Notes: generated by a model not told the origin, from the sequence alone. 64,000 nucleotides of DNA from an uncultured delta proteobacterium (GCA_963753975.1 CAVWEH010000005.1:416001-480000), one strand, 5' to 3'. Numbered from the stretch's first letter, positions 39,991-49,699 are shown. Translations and numbers: made by a program.

Positions 39991-40527
39991 CTAAACTTTT
40001 ATGCGGCCTTTGAGCCGTGAGCTGATAATGGCGGCAAGCAAAATTTTTATTACATCCCCCGGAATAAACGGCAGTATACCGACGGCCAGCACCTGGGGAA
40101 AGCTCATCTTAGCTACAAAAGAAAGCTGGAGCGCGCCCAGAAAGTAAATTATCACCATTCCGATCAGCATGGAAAAGACATTCCAGAAGATACCCGCGCT
40201 TTTTTTCATTTGATTTACCATCCCAATGACAAAAGCCGCTATAATGAAGCCCAGCAAATAACCGCCGGTGGGGCCGAAAATAACGCCTAATCCAGCTTTC
40301 CCCCCCTCAAAAACAGGTATTCCGACTATTCCCAGCAGTACATAAATAAATTGGCTTAAAGCTCCCAGTGACCCGCCCAAGAGTATAGCCGCAATATTTA
40401 AGAAAAATGTTTGCGCGGTGATAGGCACAAGCGGCAGGGGAATAATTATGAAAGCCCCCGCCGCAGTAAGCGCTCCAAAAAGCGCCGCATAAACCAGGCC
40501 TTTAACCGATATTTTGTCAGCAGTCAT
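39991..40527 (-). CDS. bioY: Biotin transporter S component BioY
   Basis: VPITAQT, GIPVF, GPTGGYLLGF, PFIPGDVIK. Confidence 0.92.
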   Translation of the reverse strand: MTADKISVKGLVYAALFGALTAAGAFIIIPLPLVPITAQTFFLNIAAILLGGSLGALSQFIYVLLGIVGIPVFEGGKAGLGVIFGPTGGYLLGFIIAAFVIGMVNQMKKSAGIFWNVFSMLIGMVIIYFLGALQLSFVAKMSFPQVLAVGILPFIPGDVIKILLAAIISSRLKGRIKV

Positions 40528-40577
40528 AAAATTTTTTTGTTTCTTATTAATATATTTTAAACGCGGCCGGTGCAAGC

Positions 40578-42656
40578 TTAAAACTCAAAAGAAAGCCCTC
40601 CCTTAAAAGTAATACCCGGCATGGGATAATAAGTATTAGGCGCCCCTGCTCCGTATGCCGGAACATTATACGACCCAAATGACGCATAATTTACATTCCC
40701 AAGATTTTCCACTCCGAAGAAAGCCGTCATGTGGATTTTCCTGAAAGGTGGCTTGTACGAAAGATAAAGGTTGATGAGTGTGTAGCTATCCAACTTCTCG
40801 GCAATATTATTGTAGTCCTGAGATAGAAATGAATTGCCGACATAGCGTACTTCAGGTCGTAACATCAGGTTGTAGGGTAGATAAATCTCCATACCTACGG
40901 TCGCCATCCGGTTTGGTACGAGCCATAACTCCTTTTTATTAAAAGGTCCATCCTCATAAGTGGCTTTGTGGTAGGTGAAGTTACTATACAGCAGAGCATA
41001 TTTTTCCCACAAATAGGAAAGAGAAACCTCTGCGCCGTCATGCCGCGTTTTCCCGGCATTTTGATTTTCACCTGTAAAAGGTCCGGTAGAAACCCACTGG
41101 ATTTCATCTTCCATATCAATCCGGAAAATGGTCAGGCCTATTTTCAGATTTTCCAGAGGATAAAATTCCGTGCCCAATTCCATGCTAACTCCTTTTTCTT
41201 GTTTCAGGTTGGTGTTAAATAAGGTACCTGTATTAAAACCATTAAAAGAGGCCACCTCCTCGAGAAAAGGAACGCGGTACACAGTCGCGTACTTCGCAAA
41301 TGCTTTCGACTTATTTCCCCAAAGCCAGGTAAGCCCTGCCTCATAAGCTTCGGCATTATAAGTATTTTTCATGTCCGTAAAATTGTTGCTGGGTGTGAGA
41401 AAATCTGTATTTGAACCGCTGATGTCTGTCCGTTCGGACCGGTAACCGCCGCTGAGAATGAGGTTCTTCAATAGGCTGAATTCATCGTGAACATAATATC
41501 CGAGGCTATCTCTTTCCAGATTGGCCGTGCTTGTATTTACGGTTCTTTCCCGATCGAAATAGAAATCTTTTTTGTAGGGTTCGTAATAATAATCCACCCC
41601 AACAATGACTTTATTTTGAAATCCGAAGATTTCTTTGGCCAGAATATATTTCGGCTGAATGCCGAATGTGTCAGCGTTGGCGTCGGAATAGGAAGACCAT
41701 GACGACATATTCACTTGCAGATCTTTTTTACCATACAGAAAATTGATTTCCAACTGCCCCCATAAGCCCCAGAAGGATTTAATGCCGAGATTGACGTTTG
41801 TATATTTATCTCTACCATCGTCATCGGGAGTTGCGGTACTAAACAATGCCGGTGGATAATTCTGGTATTGCCGCGGGTTCTGCTCCATCTGTTCCTTCGT
41901 CAGGGCACCCGGCATTTGATAATCTATTTTATTAAATGAGACACCTAGCGAAACATTCAATAGGTCATTGGCGGAATATCCCACATCAAAGCCGCCACCC
42001 TGCGCGGAATATTTCGAACGCTCCCGATAACCGAAGTTAAAGTTATTTTCTCCGGTCAAGGCATATGTCCATTTGCCGGAAGCACCGGTCACGCCAGCAC
42101 GTTCGTCATTGAGACCATAACTACCTGCAATAACAGACGCGGTAAATTTCGGCTCACCTTTGCCTTTCTTGGTGATAATATTAATCACACCGCCGATGGC
42201 CGCATCGCCGTAAAGGACACTGCCCGGTCCGCGGACGATCTCGATTCTTTCTATGGTATCAACGGGCATCTGCAGCCAATCGATTGAAGCCATATCCATC
42301 CGGTTTAAACGGCGGCCATCCAACATAACTAATGTTTTCCCGTAAGGATTATCACCCCCGATACCGCGCATGTCGATATACGCTTGAGAGGAATTACCGC
42401 TAGAGGTGTGAAATTGAACGCTTTCGAGCTTGTCGAGTACTTCGACAACGGTGGTCGCACCGGACTTACTGATGTCTTCGGCAGTAATGACGGTGATATT
42501 GGCAGGTGTTTTACGCGTTTCCTGCTCGTCGCGTGTGGCGGTAACGACGATCTCCTTCAGTGCGACAGCAGCTTCTTCATCTTTCTTTTCTTGAGCTTGA
42601 AGTGGTGGAAAAAAAACCAAAGAAATGAGCAGAACTAAAACAGGAACTTTCTTCAT
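40578..42656 (-). CDS. TonB-dependent receptor, probably cobalamin (BtuB-like)
   Basis: IVVTATR TonB box, IERIEIVRGPGSVLYG..GGVINIITK plug, C-terminal F; directly downstream of the B12 riboswitch. Confidence 0.9.
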   Translation of the reverse strand: MKKVPVLVLLISLVFFPPLQAQEKKDEEAAVALKEIVVTATRDEQETRKTPANITVITAEDISKSGATTVVEVLDKLESVQFHTSSGNSSQAYIDMRGIGGDNPYGKTLVMLDGRRLNRMDMASIDWLQMPVDTIERIEIVRGPGSVLYGDAAIGGVINIITKKGKGEPKFTASVIAGSYGLNDERAGVTGASGKWTYALTGENNFNFGYRERSKYSAQGGGFDVGYSANDLLNVSLGVSFNKIDYQMPGALTKEQMEQNPRQYQNYPPALFSTATPDDDGRDKYTNVNLGIKSFWGLWGQLEINFLYGKKDLQVNMSSWSSYSDANADTFGIQPKYILAKEIFGFQNKVIVGVDYYYEPYKKDFYFDRERTVNTSTANLERDSLGYYVHDEFSLLKNLILSGGYRSERTDISGSNTDFLTPSNNFTDMKNTYNAEAYEAGLTWLWGNKSKAFAKYATVYRVPFLEEVASFNGFNTGTLFNTNLKQEKGVSMELGTEFYPLENLKIGLTIFRIDMEDEIQWVSTGPFTGENQNAGKTRHDGAEVSLSYLWEKYALLYSNFTYHKATYEDGPFNKKELWLVPNRMATVGMEIYLPYNLMLRPEVRYVGNSFLSQDYNNIAEKLDSYTLINLYLSYKPPFRKIHMTAFFGVENLGNVNYASFGSYNVPAYGAGAPNTYYPMPGITFKGGLSFEF

Positions 42657-42699
42657 GGAACTTCTCCTTTCCCCCTCGGGATTAAAGTAAGTTGGACTC

Positions 42700-42835
42700 C
42701 CATAAAGTTTCCTGGCTTGCGGCTCCCTACTCTCCACGCCCTTCCCGATAATGAGCATCAGTGGTTTGATGTGGATTTCGTTCCGCTTACAGTTGCGGGG
42801 CAGCGCCGGACTTTAACCGGCTTCCTTTATTTGGC
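42700..42835 (-). ncRNA. Cobalamin riboswitch
   Basis: AAAGGAAGCCGGTTAAAGTCCGGCGCTGCCCCGCAACTGTAA...CCACTG...GGGAAGG...AGCCAGGAAAC (B12 box). Confidence 0.92.
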
Positions 42836-42841
42836 AGTCAT

Positions 42842-43618
42842 CTAGGTCAATAACGTCATTCTGGGCAATCCGCTTTGCGGATTTTTATCGATCAGAGTAT
42901 CAACGTCGTAGACCTCTTTTATGTTCGCCGCGGTAATAACTTCCGCGGGTTTTCCTATAGCATAGATTTTGCCCAAGTAAAGTAAAATTATCCGGTCGGC
43001 ATATTGCGCGGTCAGATTGATGTCATGGGTAACAAAAATTACAGTGAGTTGTTGAACTGCGTTTAATTGCTTCAACAAGGTCAGAAACTGAAGTTGATGT
43101 TTCAGATCCAAAAAGACGGTGCTTTCATCCAGAAGCAATACTTTAGGTTCTTGAGCCAGCGCGCGGGCAATCAAGACGCGCTGGCGCTCACCGGCGGAAA
43201 GCTCATCAAAGCGGCGGGAGGCAAAGGCCAGCGTATCCGTTTTTTCCATAGCTTCGTGAACTATCCGGTAATCTTTTTTATCCTCAAAACGATAATTACT
43301 TAAATGAGGAAACCGCCCCATCAGCACAATTTCTTCCGCGTAAAACGGGAAGATAACGGAAGTTTCCTGCGGTACGATGGCTACTTTTTGGGCAAGATCT
43401 TTTCGCGGCCATTCACGGGTATTTTTACTATCAATAAGCAGTTCGCCGGAATCGGGAAAAAGCGTGCCGTTGATAATTTTCAAGAGAGTTGTTTTGCCCG
43501 AGCCGTTTGGTCCGATAATCGCCACAATTTGCGCCTCATTAACGACAAAAGAAATATCTTCCATCACAGGTGTTATGGCATAATTAAAATTTACATTTTC
43601 CGCACTGATTATGGGCAT
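42842..43618 (-). CDS. Cobalamin/heme-type ABC transporter ATPase (BtuD/HmuV-like)
   Basis: GPNGSGKT, VLMGRFPH, LSAGERQRV, FVTHDIN. Confidence 0.88.
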   Translation of the reverse strand: MPIISAENVNFNYAITPVMEDISFVVNEAQIVAIIGPNGSGKTTLLKIINGTLFPDSGELLIDSKNTREWPRKDLAQKVAIVPQETSVIFPFYAEEIVLMGRFPHLSNYRFEDKKDYRIVHEAMEKTDTLAFASRRFDELSAGERQRVLIARALAQEPKVLLLDESTVFLDLKHQLQFLTLLKQLNAVQQLTVIFVTHDINLTAQYADRIILLYLGKIYAIGKPAEVITAANIKEVYDVDTLIDKNPQSGLPRMTLLT

Positions 43619-43620
43619 GG

Positions 43621-44650
43621 CTAAGGAGTCTTCCTTTTTAAAAGAAAAATGAAGTAAGGTGCGCCGCAGAGTGCCGTAATAACTCCGACGGGCAATTCGG
43701 CCGGCGCTAGAGCTACCCGGGCCAGGGTGTCGGCAATAACTAAAAAACAAGCGCCGAAGAGAGCGGAGACCGGTAATAACAAACGGTGATCGGAACCGAA
43801 AACAAGGCGCATCAGGTGCGGCACCATGATGCCGACAAAGCCGATAATGCCGGCCAGAGATACGGCTACGGCGGTAATCAAGTGAGGTTACAATCAGCAG
43901 CCATTGTTTTGTCCGCTCTACATTAACTCCTAAGTGCAGGGCCGTTTCTTCTCCCAGCACAATTAAATTCAGTTTGCGCGCCTGCGCGTAAAGAAACACA
44001 AAACCGGCAATAAGACAGAAAGCGGCCAAAATAATTTCTCTCAGGGAAGCTCTGGAGAGATCGCCCATCAGCCAGAACGTGATGCTGTGGAGCTCCATGC
44101 TGTTGACAACAGAGAGGAAAAAAAGAATGGCCGCGGAAAAAAAGGCATTCACAACAACACCGGAAAGCAAAAGCGAATTATCCAAAAGCGGGCCTCTGGT
44201 ATTACCGGCCACAACAAAAACGAGAAAAACTGTCGCCAGCGCCCCTAAAAAAGCCAAGAGAGGAATTCCTAAATAAAATGAACCCGCGCCGGTAACTATT
44301 CCGACAATGGCTCCCAGCGCCGAGCCGCCGGATATGCCTAAAATATAAGGATCGGCCAGAGGGTTGCGCAATAGGGCCTGAAAAATAACTCCACCGAGGG
44401 AGAGGGAAGCGCCGACAATGCCGGCAAAAAGAATCCGCGGTAGGCGCACCGAAAATATAATTAATTTTTCCTGAGAATTGATCGATAGATTTCCTGTAAG
44501 CGCATTCGCCAGATAGCGCAATACATGACCAAAATCGATATGGACACTGCCGACACAAAGAGAAACGGCACCAATGACCAAAAAGGCTATAGTCATCAGG
44601 GCGCTGATTTGCGCTACTCGTGATAACGTTAGGCGGCGATAAATAAGCAG
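43621..44650 (-). CDS. FecCD/BtuC-family ABC permease, frameshifted near 43880; possible CTG start at 44650 (ATG alternative 44596)
   Basis: [27 protein letters not shown]-terminal [15 protein letters not shown] in the shifted frame. Confidence 0.85.
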
Positions 44651-44665
44651 GTTCCTCCTCTATTT

Positions 44666-44838
44666 TAATGAGACCCAAGCTTCAGAAACAAAGTGCATAA
44701 CCTGAAGGTCATCTACGACAGAAGTTTGCAGGTCGAATTAATGAAACTCAGATATTACAAACGCAGTGAAGTAATATCTGCTAGCTGAATTAATCCCATA
44801 GCCAAAGGCTATCGGGGTTATCCTGCAAAGCGGAGGGT
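44666..44838. repeat. Second locus of the modular hairpin repeat
   Basis: Near-identical to 6690-6881 (e.g. GGTCGAATTAATGAAACTC.GATATTACAAACGCAGTG.AGTAATATCTG; CCCATAGCCAAAGGCTAT). Confidence 0.75.
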
Positions 44839-44947
44839 ATGAACGCCAAAGCTTGCTTTGCGGTTCATACCCATGATTTCGATACACCTTATAACATATT
44901 TCATCAGGTAAATATTTTCTCAGCAATGGACACGCATATTAAATTTT

Positions 44948-45271
44948 CTACTTCAATATGCTTTCCAAATATTTAATACGCTTTTCATGAATCCGGGCTT
45001 CTTCTGCATATTTTTGGTATTTTTGTAAATCTCTTAGCAGCGCTTCCACTTTATTATCGGGAATATGCTTATTTATATTTTTGCCATTATCTCTGTATTT
45101 CAAATAGCAATAGGAATACACATTTTTCTTATATTTTTTCTCCCTGATATGAACCGATCCTTTCGGAAGTTTTTCGAGAATTGAAGAAAGTGACTTAAGC
45201 GAACTCTTATTTCTTTCAAGTTCTTCCTTAAGCATTCCTTCTATCAAACTATCATTTTCCACCACTTTCAT
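44948..45271 (-). CDS. AT-rich hypothetical protein (DUF6788-like)
   Basis: LPKGSVHIR...YCYLKYRDNGK..NKHI. Confidence 0.6.
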   Translation of the reverse strand: MKVVENDSLIEGMLKEELERNKSSLKSLSSILEKLPKGSVHIREKKYKKNVYSYCYLKYRDNGKNINKHIPDNKVEALLRDLQKYQKYAEEARIHEKRIKYLESILK

Positions 45272-45340
45272 GCGAAGAACATATAATATGTGGTGGAAAT
45301 ATGCAAGAGCGATAAATAGATGACAGGCATACGTGCCTGC

Positions 45341-46099
45341 TCACCATTTGCCCACGGGAGCAAGATAAATCGTAAATTCCTCCTCGCCGTCAACACCAAG
45401 GAGTTGGTCGCACGCACTCTGATCGTAGGCAGCAACAGCACAGGTTCCCGCGTCAATACTCTGGCAGGCAAGATACAAATTCTGGCAGACATGACCGGCA
45501 TCGATCGCGATGACTTTGTGCGCGGCCAGATCATAGCGCCACTCCATCCGCGCCGGGATCGCCGTCCAGAAAAAAGTCACGGCAGAGGTAGCAATAAAGT
45601 TTTGACCGAAGCAGGCGGTAGCCGCCTTATGTCCGATCTGATCATCGAGCTTCAGTTGGGCTAACTTCTCCTCAAAAGGCAAAAAACGGTAAAGACCGGC
45701 AGGCAAAGTTTTAACCCGATTGACGATAAGATAGGTTTCAAAAGCGTGGCGCGCTCCCGCGGAAGGAACAGAACGCAGCGCGGATTCCGGACTCACCAAA
45801 CAGCGAACACCTTGTGTGGCCCAGAGCAATGCAGAGAGTTCCTCCAGAGTAAGTGGATTGGGTTTGTATTGTCGGACACTTTCCCGAAAGGCAATTGCTC
45901 CACCAATCGGCATTCTACCCAATCGCGTCAGCGCTTCTCGGCCGCTAGGCAGATCAATTCTTGGTATATCGGCAGGACAGGGTTTTTGCAGAGGCGGAGC
46001 AGGCAGATTCCGGCTTTGCTCTGTTTGCGAAAAATCAATTTGCTGCCGGATAGTATCCTTCAGAAAGAAGCGATTTGCTTCAAAATGCTTTTTGGACAT
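45341..46099 (-). CDS. SagB/ThcOx-family flavin dehydrogenase (nitroreductase fold)
   Basis: RESVRQY, LLWATQG, PSAGARHAFETY, DAGHVCQNLYLA. Confidence 0.88.
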   Translation of the reverse strand: MSKKHFEANRFFLKDTIRQQIDFSQTEQSRNLPAPPLQKPCPADIPRIDLPSGREALTRLGRMPIGGAIAFRESVRQYKPNPLTLEELSALLWATQGVRCLVSPESALRSVPSAGARHAFETYLIVNRVKTLPAGLYRFLPFEEKLAQLKLDDQIGHKAATACFGQNFIATSAVTFFWTAIPARMEWRYDLAAHKVIAIDAGHVCQNLYLACQSIDAGTCAVAAYDQSACDQLLGVDGEEEFTIYLAPVGKW

Positions 46100-46163
46100 T
46101 CGATTACAGTCTCCCTTTAGCTGATTTAACAAATGTCTTTTGCCAACTGCAACTTGTCAGCAC

Positions 46164-46190
46164 AAGAATTAATTGTACCTGCCCCTATTT
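46164..46190. repeat. Direct repeat copy 1 (AAGAATTAATTGTACCTGCCCCTATTT)
   Basis: First 15 nt identical to 47762-47776. Confidence 0.55.
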
Positions 46191-46238
46191 ACTATTTATT
46201 TCTGAGCGCTAATAAGAAAAAAAGCTATAAATACGCTT

Positions 46239-46942
46239 TTAAAAATTTATTTTTTCAAGAAAAGAAACATCCCCAATTTTTAAGTAATTAAATTCATCTT
46301 CAGAAATTATCCGAGAGGACTTCAGCATTAATTTCCTGTTGAAATTTGGGGAATCAATAACTATCGAATGAAACTCACCGTTTTCACCGCACAAATCGAT
46401 GCCGTTGGCGTGAACGGCTTTTCTAAATTCAGTAAATATTTCTTTTGTAATACTTTGTCCAATCCATCCGGCGCTTAATAAATCTGCTTTTGAGAATGAA
46501 AAAATAACTTCAAAGTTATTTTTAAATAACAGTTCCCATATTTCATCTCTTGATTTCTGCCAGATAGGATTGAAAATGTTTAATCCAACTGCTTTGCACC
46601 GGTCTTCCATATAATTTGTAGGGAAGTTGTCAATCAAATCAATATCCCCTGTAATCAGACAGTCTATATCATACAGCAGTTTTATTTTTTCAAGAGATAG
46701 TTGATAAAACTGCGGATAGGGATTTTCAATAACTATCTTTGTCCATGGAAGATTCAACGCTTCGGCTTGTTTCTCAATAACGTTCAAGGGATGAGCCCTG
46801 AAATTTGAACCTGCAGGGATAAAAGTTACCAATCCTGAAATTTCAAAACCTGATTGTCGAGCCATAAATAAGGAGAGCGCGCAATCTTTCCCCCCGTCCA
46901 TGAAACTATTGCTTTCTTTTTTGTGAATTGATTACTCATCAT
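46239..46942 (-). CDS. DUF71/diphthine-ammonia ligase-like PP-loop ATPase, frameshifted in a G-run near 46890
   Basis: MMSNQFTKKKAIVSWTGG joins GKDCAL on adding one base; GDI, CGENGEFHS. Confidence 0.8.
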
Positions 46943-46948
46943 GACTTC

Positions 46949-47010
46949 ACCCCGTTAGAATGCCCCGTGTGAGCGTTCCCGCTAGAAAGTAGAAAACTTT
47001 CTAACGGGGT
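46949..47010. repeat. CCCGTTAGAA...TTCTAACGGG palindromic element (nested)
   Basis: Two left arms and one right arm; supplies NPVRKFSTF* at the end of the 46982-47728 gene. Confidence 0.55.
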
Positions 47011-47728
47011 TCACCAGGATGTCTCTATACCAAAAAATGGTATTATCTTTTTCCTTATTGTTATCAGAGCCATCAATATTCTCACTCTCCATTTTGTATT
47101 CTCTATGCACAACCTCGCCAAGTTCATAATCGATTTTCGTTTTAAAAATCGGCCCGTCAAAAACAAAAGTATGAAACTCTCCGTTTTCACCACAAGGATC
47201 AACATTACCAGGCAGATCGTTTAGAAAATCTTCGTCAATTACCCGTCCGGCAAATGATTTATCGAGATATTTTTCATTTACGCAAACAATCACCGTTTTG
47301 AAACCCAAATCGATAAACTCTTTTATTATTTCCGTACTCGGTCTTTGCCATAACGGGAACAAGCCTTTCATCGGAACTTCCGCCAATTTATCTTCCCTGT
47401 ATTTTCTCAAGTCTTCCAGGAAAATATCTCCGAATATTGAGTATTCAATCCCTTTGTCTTTGAATCCGTCAAAAGCTTTTTTCATTATTCCGTTATATAT
47501 TTCCAGCGAAGCCAATTCCGGCAGATAAATCTCTTTTAGTTCTATTCCTATATTTTCTGCCTGCAATTGAAGTAATTCCTTTCTTACTCCATGCATTGAA
47601 ATTCTTTTATATTCTTCGTTTAAAGTTGTAAGAAGATATTTTATTTCGATCTCTTTATCATTCAGGCAATGATACAAACATAATGCGCTATCTTTACCGC
47701 CGCTCCAGTTAAATATTGATTTTTTCAT
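46982..47728 (-). CDS. DUF71/diphthine-ammonia ligase-like PP-loop ATPase
   Basis: WSGGKDS, SMHGVR, FGDIFLED, DPCGENGEFHTFVFDGP. Confidence 0.88.
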   Translation of the reverse strand: MKKSIFNWSGGKDSALCLYHCLNDKEIEIKYLLTTLNEEYKRISMHGVRKELLQLQAENIGIELKEIYLPELASLEIYNGIMKKAFDGFKDKGIEYSIFGDIFLEDLRKYREDKLAEVPMKGLFPLWQRPSTEIIKEFIDLGFKTVIVCVNEKYLDKSFAGRVIDEDFLNDLPGNVDPCGENGEFHTFVFDGPIFKTKIDYELGEVVHREYKMESENIDGSDNNKEKDNTIFWYRDILVNPVRKFSTF

Positions 47729-47761
47729 TCTCGCCTACTTAATTTCTAAAGGTATCCCTGA

Positions 47762-47788
47762 AGAATTAATTGTACTAGTCCCCTTTAA
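47762..47788. repeat. Direct repeat copy 2 (AAGAATTAATTGTACTAGTCCCCTTTA)
   Basis: Matches 46164-46190; a related motif lies at ~48820-48846. Confidence 0.55.
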
Positions 47789-47820
47789 TATGTTTGACAT
47801 TTGATTACGGCTCCTTTGTT

Positions 47821-47961
47821 ATACCATTTCGCTTTCAAAGGATAACGAGACGGTAAGGAGGAGGCTCCGCAGGCGTATTACTAACGTGTGACCTTTAGGT
47901 TGTACGTTGAGGACGCCGACGACGTTGCCAACAAAGTTAGCCAAAGAAAGCGAATTCGTAT
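47821..47961. mobile_element. MITE-like non-coding element
   Basis: Terminal inverted repeats ATACCATTTCGCTTTC / GAAAGCGAATTCGTAT (14/16 match), 141 bp, no ORF. Confidence 0.5.
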
Positions 47962-47964
47962 TAC

Positions 47965-48777
47965 CTATTTCTTATCGACTTTAACAAAGTCGGCAATCTC
48001 TTGCCAGAAATACGCCTCTGCATGAAACGGCCAGTCATTGTGGCCTGCGCCTTTGATAACCCACATCCGTTTTCTACCTTCGGGCAAAGACGCGTATAAA
48101 TTACGAGCATGTTCAATCGGCAGGATTTCGTCGCGCTCTGCGCCGACAACCGAGATATTTCTTTTAAACGATTTTAGATTTTCGACGCTGTCATATTTAT
48201 CGGTTAACAGCATCTTCACCGGAAGAAAAGGGAACAGCGATTTGGCGACAGCCGCGAGTGTATCCCAGGGTGTAATTAATATTATCCCGACGACGGGAGT
48301 GGTCGTTTGATTGGAAATAGCCGCGGCTACGCCACAACCCAATGATTCTCCCAGAAGATAAAGCGGCTCTCCATATTGTTCGTAGGCGATTTTTACCGTT
48401 TCCAAGCCGTCGACCACGAATGATTTTTCTCCAACTTTGCCCGGCCGGCCTCCGTATTTTGGATATTCGGCTAAGATTACACGAAAACCCAGCCTCATAA
48501 AAGGCTCTAAATAGAATCCTCTGTCGAAAGCTGTGCCGCCATTTCCATGAAAAAGAACGATGGTGCCGCTGGATACGGGTGTGTCGATTGTAGATGTCAA
48601 TCCCCGATAATCGCCATTAGCTTTATGCCAGAACTTCATATTTTCCGATGCCAGCATTGGTTCGGAAGGAAATTCAGAGCTGGGAAAATAAAGAAACATA
48701 TTTTGCATACTACAGCCTCCAAAAAGCATTACCGCGATAAGAAACAACAACCAAATTAGCTTTAGTTTGGGCTTCAT
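47965..48777 (-). CDS. Alpha/beta hydrolase lipoprotein (ABHD17/Bem46-like)
   Basis: FGGC lipobox-like signal, FHGNGG, GESLG, ERDEI, GAGHND. Confidence 0.85.
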   Translation of the reverse strand: MKPKLKLIWLLFLIAVMLFGGCSMQNMFLYFPSSEFPSEPMLASENMKFWHKANGDYRGLTSTIDTPVSSGTIVLFHGNGGTAFDRGFYLEPFMRLGFRVILAEYPKYGGRPGKVGEKSFVVDGLETVKIAYEQYGEPLYLLGESLGCGVAAAISNQTTTPVVGIILITPWDTLAAVAKSLFPFLPVKMLLTDKYDSVENLKSFKRNISVVGAERDEILPIEHARNLYASLPEGRKRMWVIKGAGHNDWPFHAEAYFWQEIADFVKVDKK

Positions 48778-48853
48778 TTACTCGGGATTCAGTTCGTTTC
48801 AAAATTATTCTGGATACTAGATTATTATACCTGTCCCATTTATTTACATTTAT

Positions 48854-49699
48854 TTATATTTTGCCAAACATCTCCCTTATCATTACGCCCTCACACACTT
48901 TGGTTACAGGGCCTGTCATCGTGGCTTGAAAACCATCGCTGAAACTTATTTTTAGATTACCGCCTGGCATATGAACAGTGATATCAGAACCACATAAACC
49001 GAGTTTATTAGCGACAGCCGCAGCAGCAGTGCTACTGCTTCCGGATGCCAGAGTATAGCCAGCACCTCGTTCCCATATCTCAATTTGAATATTTTCTCTG
49101 TCAATGACTCTCATAAATTGTACATTCGTCCGGTTTGGGAATTGAAGGTCATTCTCTATGAGTGGCCCATAGCGCAGAGCATCGACAGATGACGGCTTGT
49201 CGTTAGTAAGGATAACACAGTGGGGATTACCAATTGTTGCAGCACAGAATTTGAAGACTTTTTCGTTTACGCATATGTCTTCATTCAAAACTTCCCGCTG
49301 TGGTCCTGCAACAGGAATAATCTGACTATTGAAACTAACTTCTCCCATTTGAACGGTAACAATCTCACCTCCGTTTTCAACCTTACACGAGACAATCCCG
49401 CCGAGGGTTTCCACTGAAAAAGGTTGTTCCTTCACAAGCCCTTCATCATAAAGTGAACGTGCAAAGATACGAAGACCATTCCCGCTCTTTTCTGCTTCAC
49501 TTCCGTCTGGATTGAATATGCGTAAACCAAAATCACATGACTTGCTATCCACTGGACCATAAAGAATACCATCTGATCCTACACCATAGTTACGATGACA
49601 TATGCGGCGTACTATTTCCTGAGACAGTGTAAATTGAAAAGATTTTGGGCGCAAAACTATATAGTCATTGCCCAAAGCGTGATATTTAAGATATCTCAT
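48854..49699 (-). CDS. dapF: Diaminopimelate epimerase family protein
   Basis: KYHALGNDY, GVGSDG, NPDGSEAEKSGNG, GNPHCV, WERGAGYTLASGSS. Confidence 0.85.
   Translation of the reverse strand: MRYLKYHALGNDYIVLRPKSFQFTLSQEIVRRICHRNYGVGSDGILYGPVDSKSCDFGLRIFNPDGSEAEKSGNGLRIFARSLYDEGLVKEQPFSVETLGGIVSCKVENGGEIVTVQMGEVSFNSQIIPVAGPQREVLNEDICVNEKVFKFCAATIGNPHCVILTNDKPSSVDALRYGPLIENDLQFPNRTNVQFMRVIDRENIQIEIWERGAGYTLASGSSSTAAAAVANKLGLCGSDITVHMPGGNLKISFSDGFQATMTGPVTKVCEGVMIREMFGKI

Noticed and set aside
40578..42758. Extended N-terminus of the TonB receptor in the ORF track
   Set aside because: The extension overlaps the riboswitch; the RBS and signal peptide support a start at 42656
42842..44596. 584-aa permease-ATPase fusion in the ORF track
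   Set aside because: Artefact of a one-base frameshift near 43880; the true permease C-terminus is in 43621-43881 and the ATPase has its own ATG at 43618
45270..45300. dif/Xer-like site upstream of the DUF6788-like gene
   Set aside because: XerD arm match is too poor
45341..46099. RiPP (azole) cluster around the SagB-like gene
   Set aside because: No YcaO, precursor peptide or transporter; stand-alone SagB-like genes are common
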